Assembly: GCA_963738405.1 (NCBI GenBank)
Contig: CAVTWJ010000008.1
Span: 1-16,245, forward strand
DNA: 16,245 nucleotides
Direction: 5' to 3'
DNA from: a candidate division FCPU426 bacterium
GTDB lineage: Bacteria; Oederibacteriota; Muellerivitia; Muellerivitales; Muellerivitaceae
The position numbers and the translations under genes were made by a program. This document shows positions 1 through 6,995 of this stretch, in pieces. The notes beneath the pieces were generated by a model, which was not told the origin of the DNA, did not search any database, and saw nothing but the letters and a program-made list of their open reading frames with translations. Every line of letters starts with the position of its first letter. Position 1 is the first letter of the stretch.

Positions 1-1
1 T

Positions 2-2461
2 TGGCAGGCCGACGGATCGGCTAATATTGATTATTATTCCGACTTGAAACTTTTCGGGCCTGATCCCGCCATTAACACCCGAATTTCGGACGCGGTCCCG
101 GCGGGGGTGGTTTACCAGGGAAATATGGTTGGAGCCGTGGTCGCCACCCCTTCGGCGGCGGTTTCCTTTTCGCAGGGGCCGCCGTTGAGCTGGAGCTTTC
201 CTGGAACCCTCGTGAACGGCCCCACGGGCGCTATTACCTGGTGGGGCTCTGTGGATTGCAATTCCACCGGCGCCATCGTCAATACCTCCTCACTTTCGGC
301 GGCCGGGGTCAGCACGATTCTTTCCAACTCCGTGACCGCTTCCGTGGCAACCTGCACTTATACCCCCACTCCGACCAATACCCCGACTCCAACCTTTACT
401 CCCACCCAGACCCCGACCCGCACGCCGACTTTTACGCCGACCCAAACCCCCACCTTTACCCAAACTTTTACTCTGACCGCAACACCGACCAACACACCCA
501 CCCCTAGCCCCACCTTTACCTACACCCAAACCCCTACTCCCAGCCCCACCTTTACCAATACCCTTACTCCCACCCAGACCCCGACTTTCACTTTGACTGT
601 GACGCCCACATGGACCCCGACCCAAACCCCCACCTTTACCGCCACGTTTACAGCTACTCAAACCCCAACCTTTACACCCATGTACAGCTTCACCTTTACC
701 TATACCCCCACTCCTACGGCGACCCCAACCCAAACCCCTACCGATACCCCCACTCTCACAGCCACATGGACCCCGACGGTGACTCCTACTGTTACCCCGA
801 CTTTGACCCCAACCCTGACGAACACCTCCACGCCTACCCTCACCCCGACCCAAACGGCCACTTTCACGCTAACGGTTTCCCCCACTTGGACGCCTACGGT
901 TACGGAAACTTTCACGTTTACTCAGACCCCAACCCCTACTTTCAGCCCAACCCCCACCTTCACTTGGACTCTTACCTATACTCCGACCTTTACCGTCAGT
1001 CCCACGCCTAGTTTCACCTTTACGACTACCTTCACGCCGACACAGACCCCGACCCAAACGACGACCTTCACTCCCACCTTGAGCTTTACCTTCACAGCCA
1101 CCAAAACATCCACCGCCACGCCGACGCAAACCTATACGGCGACTTTGACCCCGACCTCTACGGAAACCTTCACACCCACCCCTACGCCGCCGACGGTGAT
1201 GACCATGGGTAAGAGCGCGTCCGAAAGCCAAGCCCATGTCCAGGACCTGATTGTTTACAGTCTTTCGGTCACCCTCTCTGGAAGTCCTGTTTCTGGGGCG
1301 GTGGTCACCGATAACTTGCCCGACGGAGAATCGTTCCAATCACAAGGATCCTCACCGGCAGGCACCCAATTCCAAAACTCAGGGAGCGTTTTAAGCTGGA
1401 CCCTGCCCCTGTTGGGCCCGGGAACCTACAACCTCACCTATACCGCCTCGGTGAACAACGCGCTGCTGCCGGGCCAAGCCCTTATTAATACGGCGATTTT
1501 GGCCTACGCCGGGGGAGGCCCGGTGACCGCCCAGGCCCAAGTGCAGGTGATTGGGTCCTATACGGTCCGCGTGGGGGTCTATAACGAGGCTGGGGAACTC
1601 ATTGCGACCCTCAATGTGCTTAAAACCAATCAACCGGTGAATAACTTCACGGTGGGTCCTTCCAGCCTCACCTCCATTAATAGCCAGGCGGAAGTGATGT
1701 TCGAGGGGGTCACCCTGGGGACCTGGAACGGCGACACCTCCAGCGGCAACCCCGCCACCAATGGAAATTATCATATTTCCGTTGAAAGCATCGACACCCT
1801 GGGTGTGGTCACAACGGTGACCCAGCCTGTTATGGTCAACCGCACCTTGGAAAAAATTACGGTGAATGTTTACAACGAGGCGGGGGAACTGGTGCGCCAA
1901 CTTTACAACTATGTGGATGACCCGGGCGTTCAGCCGATCACGGGCATGAACCTGAGCAGTTCGGTGCTGATTCCGGGCCAATCCGCATCGGGGGTTCCCG
2001 ACCAGGTGACCATTACGACCGACCAGGGCGTTGTATTGGGTTCTTGGGACGGCAGGACCAGCGCCGGAACCCTGGTGACCAGCGGGCAGTATTTTATCGA
2101 GGTTCACATGCAAGACGGCGTGAGCGGAACCACCACCATCACCAAACGCGTGACGGTTTTGGACAATGGGACCAACTGGGAAAAGGGTTTCGTACAGGCC
2201 AGGCCCAACCGGCTCACCCGAGTGGACCCCATCGCCACTTTTTATGCCGCCGGGTCCGATGTCCTTTCCTTGCGGGTCGGCCTTTATGACATGGCGGGTG
2301 AAAGGGTAGGGGAAGGAACGCCGGGTCCCATGGGCACCAATACCGCGACTTGGAACAGCAAGGGTTTCGCGTCGGGCCTTTATATCGCGGTGATTGAACT
2401 TTTCGAATCGGACGGAAGCTTCGCGGGCCGGGATCGGCTCAAGATGTTAGTGGTCCACTAA
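2..2461 (+). CDS. Large secreted/surface protein, 5'-truncated: partial DUF11-like domain, Thr-X stalk, DUF11-like domain, two FlgD-Ig-like repeats, T9SS-CTD-like C-terminal domain
   Basis: The frame is open from base 2 ([17 protein letters not shown]...), so the TTG at 44 is probably not the true start. DUF11-like motifs [32 protein letters not shown] (about 1205-1550) and [20 protein letters not shown] (about 80-345). Repeats VYNEAGEL (1577, 1868) with WNG/WDG..G.Y. Terminal [29 protein letters not shown]. Confidence 0.85.
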   Translation, partial: WQADGSANIDYYSDLKLFGPDPAINTRISDAVPAGVVYQGNMVGAVVATPSAAVSFSQGPPLSWSFPGTLVNGPTGAITWWGSVDCNSTGAIVNTSSLSAAGVSTILSNSVTASVATCTYTPTPTNTPTPTFTPTQTPTRTPTFTPTQTPTFTQTFTLTATPTNTPTPSPTFTYTQTPTPSPTFTNTLTPTQTPTFTLTVTPTWTPTQTPTFTATFTATQTPTFTPMYSFTFTYTPTPTATPTQTPTDTPTLTATWTPTVTPTVTPTLTPTLTNTSTPTLTPTQTATFTLTVSPTWTPTVTETFTFTQTPTPTFSPTPTFTWTLTYTPTFTVSPTPSFTFTTTFTPTQTPTQTTTFTPTLSFTFTATKTSTATPTQTYTATLTPTSTETFTPTPTPPTVMTMGKSASESQAHVQDLIVYSLSVTLSGSPVSGAVVTDNLPDGESFQSQGSSPAGTQFQNSGSVLSWTLPLLGPGTYNLTYTASVNNALLPGQALINTAILAYAGGGPVTAQAQVQVIGSYTVRVGVYNEAGELIATLNVLKTNQPVNNFTVGPSSLTSINSQAEVMFEGVTLGTWNGDTSSGNPATNGNYHISVESIDTLGVVTTVTQPVMVNRTLEKITVNVYNEAGELVRQLYNYVDDPGVQPITGMNLSSSVLIPGQSASGVPDQVTITTDQGVVLGSWDGRTSAGTLVTSGQYFIEVHMQDGVSGTTTITKRVTVLDNGTNWEKGFVQARPNRLTRVDPIATFYAAGSDVLSLRVGLYDMAGERVGEGTPGPMGTNTATWNSKGFASGLYIAVIELFESDGSFAGRDRLKMLVVH
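350..1189 (+). repeat. Low-complexity (Thr/Ser)-X dipeptide tract, about 140 units, within the CDS
   Basis: ORF residues 103-382 have T or S at every odd position except one M (TPMYSF). At DNA level this is ACN-NNN 6-nt periodicity with varied synonymous codons. Confidence 0.95.
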
Positions 2462-2471
2462 ATAACATCTG

Positions 2472-2509
2472 AAATAAAAAAGGCCCCCGGCCATGAAGCC
2501 GGAGGCCTT
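2472..2509 (-). terminator. Rho-independent terminator between convergent genes
   Basis: Minus strand AAGGCCTCCGGC-TTCATG-GCCGGGGGCCTT then TTTTATTT, 14 nt after the lipoprotein stop. It may also act weakly on the plus strand. Confidence 0.8.
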
Positions 2510-2523
2510 GGTGTGTTTAAAGA

Positions 2524-3129
2524 CTATTTCAGCGAGTTGACGAAGTTTTGAAGAGAGGTGTTGGAGGGGTTCAAGGCCAGGGCCTTGCTGAAGGCGTCCC
2601 GGGCCTGGTCCTTTTGGCCCAGGTAGTAGTAACAGCTTCCTTCGCCCTGAAAAGCCGCCGCCGAATTGGGATCCAGGCTGGCCGCGGCCTGATAATACTT
2701 CAAGGCATTCGCGTAATCCTTAGTGCCCATCATCTGGTTGGCGGCGTTCAGATAGGGATCGGCTTTGCTCGCGGTGGGCGCTCCCGGGTTGGGGGAAGCG
2801 GCGGAGGCGGTGGCGGCCGAACCTGCGGGAGCCAGAACCGTGGTCGTCTGTCCCCAGACGGAAACGATGCCGGTTACAAAGTTCAGAATGCAGTCCAAAA
2901 AGTTGGCTTGGGTTTGGACCGTATAGTTGGTCGTCAGTCCCTTGGCCTTGGCCATTTGCCCGCCGTCCACGTTCGTGATGGGAACCAGGCCCCAAAGAAT
3001 AAACCATTGCCGGTCACTGGCCACGGGCGTGTCGCCGCCTGTGCCGATGGTGTGGTTCATGGTGTAACATCCGGAAAGGGGAAGACCTACCATCAACAGG
3101 CAAAGAAACAAACCGATCGTCTTTCGCAT
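2524..3129 (-). CDS. Lipoprotein with Bor-like N-terminal domain, Ala/Pro linker and C-terminal TPR repeats
   Basis: RBS GGAGG (3134-3138). Signal peptide with lipobox LSG-C21. CYTMNHTIG..QWFILWGLVP..VD..YTVQTQANFLD..GI resembles Bor-family lipoproteins. TPR consensus in YANALKYYQAAASLDPNSAAAFQGEGSCYYYLGQKDQARDAFSKALALNPSN. Confidence 0.8.
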   Translation of the reverse strand: MRKTIGLFLCLLMVGLPLSGCYTMNHTIGTGGDTPVASDRQWFILWGLVPITNVDGGQMAKAKGLTTNYTVQTQANFLDCILNFVTGIVSVWGQTTTVLAPAGSAATASAASPNPGAPTASKADPYLNAANQMMGTKDYANALKYYQAAASLDPNSAAAFQGEGSCYYYLGQKDQARDAFSKALALNPSNTSLQNFVNSLK

Positions 3130-3231
3130 GATTCCTCCAAAACCAGCCGATTTATAACGTTTTTATTATACAGACCTTCCGACAGGCTTGCTGAAATATG
3201 ATTTCAACCGGCGGACAAATTTGTTTGTTAG

Positions 3232-3429
3232 TTACTTAAAGTAAAGGCCGAACTTTTTGACCTGAAACTCGTTGATTTTGACTTTCTCGAAAACGATGTA
3301 ACCCTTTTCGTGAAATTCCTCCGCCATCTGTTTGAGCGCCTTGACCTTGGATTCGTTGGTGAAAACGCCCAGTACCTGGCCGCCGCCCCTTTGGCCGATC
3401 ACCACGGTCACTTCGGTTGTTTCTTTCAT
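3232..3429 (-). CDS. Small hypothetical protein (65 aa)
   Basis: ATG with strong RBS AGAGGAGA just upstream. It fills the gap between two same-strand genes and has a plausible beta-beta-alpha-beta pattern. Confidence 0.7.
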   Translation of the reverse strand: MKETTEVTVVIGQRGGGQVLGVFTNESKVKALKQMAEEFHEKGYIVFEKVKINEFQVKKFGLYFK

Positions 3430-3445
3430 GAGTCTCCTCTATATG

Positions 3446-3479
3446 AAAAAACCCCGGATTCTAATGAATCTGGGGTTTT
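3446..3479 (-). terminator. Rho-independent terminator downstream of fbaB
   Basis: Minus strand AAAACCCCAGATTC-ATTA-GAATCCGGGGTTTTTT, 24 nt after the fbaB stop. Confidence 0.75.
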
Positions 3480-3503
3480 GTAAAGCTGTCTTGGGGTTGA
3501 GAT

Positions 3504-4571
3504 TTAGGCGACGGTGACATCCTTGGACAAATAAACATCCTGGATGGTCTGGAGCAGTTTGGCCCCATCGGCCATGGGCCTCTGAAAAGCCTTGCGGCCC
3601 GAGATCAGCCCCATGCCGCCCGCGCGCTTGTTGATGACGGCGGTTTTGACGGCTTCCGCGAAGTCGTTGTCGCCTGAGGCGCCGCCTGAGTTGATCAAGC
3701 CCGCCCGGCCCATGTAGCAGTTGGCGACCTGCCAACGGGTGTATTCGATGGGGTGGTCGGGGATCAGGGTCTCGTACATGCGCTTGTCGAACTTGCCGTA
3801 GGAGGATTCCTGGTTCAAGTAGATGAATCCCCCGTTATTTTCTGGCAGTTTCTGCTTGATGATGTCAGCCTCAATGGTGACGCCCAGGTGGTTGGCCTGG
3901 CCGGTCAGGTCGGCGGACAAATGGAAATCTTTCTCCTTGGTTTTGAAGGCCTTGTTGCGGATGTAGCACCAAAGAACGGTGAACATACCCAGTTCGTGGG
4001 CTTCCCGGAAGGCCTTGGTGGTTTCCTCAATTTCCCTCTGGGCCGTGTCGCTGCCGAAATAAACGGTAGCGCCGATACCGGCCGCGCCCATCTCATAGGC
4101 CTGTTTGGCGGTTCCGAAATAGAACTCGGTGGCCTTGTTGGGATAGGTCAACAGCTCATTGTGGTTCAACTTTACGATATAGGGAATCTTGTGGGCGTAT
4201 TTGCGGGAGGTCATGCCCAAGACGCCTAAGGTGGAAGCCACTGCGTTACAGCCGCCCTCGATGGCCAGCTTGACGATGTTTTCGGCGTCAAAATAGATGG
4301 GGTTCTTGGCGAAGGAGGCGCCGGCGGAATGCTCGATGCCCTGGTCGACGGGCAAAATGGAAACATAGCCGGTGCCCGCCAGGCGGCCGGTGGAATAGAG
4401 CCACTGTAAATTGTTCAGGACACGCTGGCTGCGGTCGGTATGGGAGAAGATGCGGTCCACCCAGTCGTTTCCGGGAATGTGCAAAGCGTCCTTGTTGATG
4501 CCCTTGCACTTGTAGGACAACAGATCCTTGCCGTCTTTGCCCAGGTAGTTTTCGATTTCGGCTAAATTCAT
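3504..4571 (-). CDS. fbaB: Class I fructose-bisphosphate aldolase (DhnA/FbaB family)
   Basis: Motifs [39 protein letters not shown], Schiff-base lysine region [28 protein letters not shown]. Confidence 0.97.
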   Translation of the reverse strand: MNLAEIENYLGKDGKDLLSYKCKGINKDALHIPGNDWVDRIFSHTDRSQRVLNNLQWLYSTGRLAGTGYVSILPVDQGIEHSAGASFAKNPIYFDAENIVKLAIEGGCNAVASTLGVLGMTSRKYAHKIPYIVKLNHNELLTYPNKATEFYFGTAKQAYEMGAAGIGATVYFGSDTAQREIEETTKAFREAHELGMFTVLWCYIRNKAFKTKEKDFHLSADLTGQANHLGVTIEADIIKQKLPENNGGFIYLNQESSYGKFDKRMYETLIPDHPIEYTRWQVANCYMGRAGLINSGGASGDNDFAEAVKTAVINKRAGGMGLISGRKAFQRPMADGAKLLQTIQDVYLSKDVTVA

Positions 4572-4702
4572 GATGCCATCCTTCGCTTCGATTTTTCCCC
4601 TAACCGGGCCCTTTCCCCTTCTTGGGGCGCCGGAAAAGCCTTTTATTCATACCGAATAAAAATCGTTTAAGCAAGCCAAAGTTTGGACGCCGCTCCAACG
4701 GA

Positions 4703-5056
4703 TTATTTCCAAGTTTTTTCGAATTCGTTTTCTTTGAATCCGATCGTGGTTTTGTTGGAGCCGATCACCAGGGGACGCTTGATGAGTTTTCCATTTTTTG
4801 AAAGGAGTAGGAGGATTTCAGCCTCGGTCATGTTCTTTATTTTCGTTTTCAGGTTCAAAAGCCGGTATTGTTCGCCGGAAGTGTTTAAAAGACTCGTGAT
4901 TTCGCGTCCACTGAGCTCAAGAACTTTTTTTAACTCCGAAACTTCGGGCGGATGCAGGGTGATGTCCACCGAATCCAGCTTTTGTCCCTTGTTTTCCAGC
5001 CACTTTTGCGCTTTCCGGCAGGTGGAGCAGTTAGGATAATGGTAAAACTTTGGCAA
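4703..5056 (-). CDS. ArsC/Spx/MgsR-family thioredoxin-fold protein (YusI/YffB-like), 117 aa
   Basis: YPNCSTCRKA (CxxC), NTSG..YR, LIKRP, GF.E..F. Start reassigned to the in-frame TTG at 5056 with GGAG 7 nt upstream, because the longer ORF to 5209 overlaps the divergent gene. Confidence 0.9.
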   Translation of the reverse strand: MPKFYHYPNCSTCRKAQKWLENKGQKLDSVDITLHPPEVSELKKVLELSGREITSLLNTSGEQYRLLNLKTKIKNMTEAEILLLLSKNGKLIKRPLVIGSNKTTIGFKENEFEKTWK

Positions 5057-5086
5057 GGTGTTTCTCCAATGGTGAAATGATCGAAG

Positions 5087-5115
5087 AAAATAAAGGATAG
5101 GCTCCCTATGGTCAA
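5087..5115 (-). promoter_or_regulatory. Putative sigma70 promoter for the ArsC-family gene
   Basis: Minus strand TTGACC (5115-5110), 17-nt spacer, TATTTT (5092-5087), about 30 nt upstream of the TTG start. Confidence 0.5.
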
Positions 5116-5884
5116 GACTTGGCGGGGAATGGCGGGGTTGGCTTGGTGGATCATATCCATATTTATAGCGGCCCCTCTTTGGGCCCAGGACTCTACCGAT
5201 TCTTCCCAACCCGCGAGCCTTTACCTATCCCAGATTCAAGGGTTCGTGAAGGTGGTCAGCGGCGGGGTGACCCAAAAGGGCGTGCCATCCCAGTCCCTTT
5301 CCGAACAGGACCACATCGTGACGGGCAAAAATTCAAAGGCTTACCTTGAATTCATCAATGGCGGCATTGTGGAGGTGGGGCCTTCCACCGATGTAACGGT
5401 CACTACACTGGAAATCACGGGGGATGATTTTAAGGCGAAATTTCTTTTGGCCTGGGGAAAACTGAAGGCCAAGGTTCAAAAACTAACGACGAGCTCTTCC
5501 AGCTTTGAAATCCAGGCGGGCGGGGTGGTGGCGGGGGTTAGGGGCACCGTCTTCGGCGTGAATTACGACCCCGCTCAAAAGCAGGTTGCCGCCCAAACCT
5601 TTGAGGGAACCATCTACACCCAGGTCGGGGGCAAGGAACAGCTGGTCAACAAGGGCATGTCCATGCTCATCGGCAAGACGGGGATTCCCCTCTTGGGATC
5701 CATGACATCCTCCGATATCGCCTCCTTCCAAAGTTTTAACGATTTCGCGGGTCAGCTCATTGAAAAACAAAAAACGAAAATGCTCAATGACGCGAGGGAG
5801 AAAACAAAAATTCATACCGGCATCCTTCCGGAGAAGCAGGAAAACGACCTGAACAATACCCTTCAAAAAGCACTGCCTTTTTAA
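5108..5884 (+). CDS. Secreted stand-alone FecR-domain protein
   Basis: Signal peptide ending PLWA|Q. FecR-like motifs IQGFVKV, DHIVTGKNSKAYLEF, GKLKAKV, VAGVRGTVFGV, FEGTI. The ATG at 5129 is an alternative start. Confidence 0.85.
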   Translation: MVKTWRGMAGLAWWIISIFIAAPLWAQDSTDSSQPASLYLSQIQGFVKVVSGGVTQKGVPSQSLSEQDHIVTGKNSKAYLEFINGGIVEVGPSTDVTVTTLEITGDDFKAKFLLAWGKLKAKVQKLTTSSSSFEIQAGGVVAGVRGTVFGVNYDPAQKQVAAQTFEGTIYTQVGGKEQLVNKGMSMLIGKTGIPLLGSMTSSDIASFQSFNDFAGQLIEKQKTKMLNDAREKTKIHTGILPEKQENDLNNTLQKALPF

Positions 5885-5890
5885 CCGGCC

Positions 5891-6862
5891 TTGAGAACAT
5901 TGGAAAAAAATAAGATCGACCGGAAGGGTATCTACCGCGCCGCCTGTCTCGGCAATGTGCTGGTGGACATGCTGGTCAAACCGGTGGATCGGTTCCCCCC
6001 GCCCGGGGGCCTGCTTCCTGTAAATCACATCGAAATGGCTATGGGTGGGTGCGCGTCCAACACCGCCATCGCCTTGAGCCGTCTTGGAGTCGCTACATCA
6101 TTTTGGGGCAAGCTGGGCCGCGATACCTTCGGCGGTTATGCCCTCAAAGAACTCAAGAAAGACCGAGTGGATGTCCGACAGGTCAAAAGCGATCCCTCAG
6201 TTTCTACCTCGGCGACCTTGGTGCTGGTGGATTCCAAGGGACAAAGGTCTTTCCTCCATTCCATGGCGGCCAATGACCATATCCGCTTTCAGGATGTTTC
6301 CCTCAGGCTCCTCCCGGCCTTGGATCATCTTCATATAGGAGGCTATTTCCTTTTTCCCGCGCTCGATGGCAAACCCATGGCCCAAATCCTCAAAACCGCC
6401 CGCAAATGGGGCGTTACGACCTCTCTCGATACGGCCTGGGACCTCAGAGGAAGGTGGATGAAGGCCCTGAAACCCTGCCTGCCTTATCTTGATTATTTCA
6501 TGCCGAGCGAAAGGGAAGTCGAAATGCTTTTGCCCCGTTTCGGCCCGGGGCAGTACCGTAAGGCCGCTAGGGAATTTTTGAAACTGGGCTGCCGAACGGT
6601 GGTGATCAAGCGGGGCGAGAAGGGGTCCTACCTTTTAAATTGGGACGGGGATGAAATCCATGTTCCGGCATTCCGGTCCCGTGTGGTGGATACGACTGGG
6701 GCGGGTGATTGCTTTTGCGCGGGGTTTATCAAGGGTCTCTCCCTGGGATGGAACCTGCGGGATTGCATGAAACTTGGGAATTCAGCCGGAGCCTTTGCCG
6801 TGAGGGCATTGGGAGCCACCGCAGGGATCAAAAACTTCGCTCAAATTCGTTCTCTTTTATAA
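5891..6862 (+). CDS. PfkB/ribokinase-family carbohydrate kinase, substrate unknown
   Basis: Signature 1 GGCASNTAIALSRLG..GKLGRDTFG and signature 2 VVDTTGAGDCFCAGF. The TTG start is uncertain. Confidence 0.93.
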   Translation: MRTLEKNKIDRKGIYRAACLGNVLVDMLVKPVDRFPPPGGLLPVNHIEMAMGGCASNTAIALSRLGVATSFWGKLGRDTFGGYALKELKKDRVDVRQVKSDPSVSTSATLVLVDSKGQRSFLHSMAANDHIRFQDVSLRLLPALDHLHIGGYFLFPALDGKPMAQILKTARKWGVTTSLDTAWDLRGRWMKALKPCLPYLDYFMPSEREVEMLLPRFGPGQYRKAAREFLKLGCRTVVIKRGEKGSYLLNWDGDEIHVPAFRSRVVDTTGAGDCFCAGFIKGLSLGWNLRDCMKLGNSAGAFAVRALGATAGIKNFAQIRSLL

Positions 6863-6995
6863 ATCACATCCATTGTCATCTTTTGTCGGTTGGATTGTCT
6901 AACGCGGCCTTGGTGCTGGTTTCTATGATTTTCACCATATCAACAGGGCAGGTGGGTTTTATAATAACGCCCTGTTCAACACCCCCGGAGGCACC

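Noticed and set aside
350..1189. Possible CRISPR array or VNTR
   Set aside because: No identical 23-47-nt repeats with unique spacers; the repetition is protein-level and inside an ORF.
112..1339. Several alternative-frame and antisense ORFs over the Thr-X tract (His/Pro-, Gly- and Val/Gly-rich)
   Set aside because: They are shadows of the ACN-NNN periodicity, which lacks stops in other frames; no independent RBS or domain.
4703..5056. Arsenic-resistance locus
   Set aside because: No arsR, arsB or acr3 nearby; stand-alone CxxC ArsC/Spx-like genes are common and do not imply arsenate reduction.
5057..5209. 51-aa N-terminal extension of the ArsC-family ORF
   Set aside because: It overlaps the divergent FecR gene. 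A TTG with RBS and a promoter gives the normal family length of about 117 aa.
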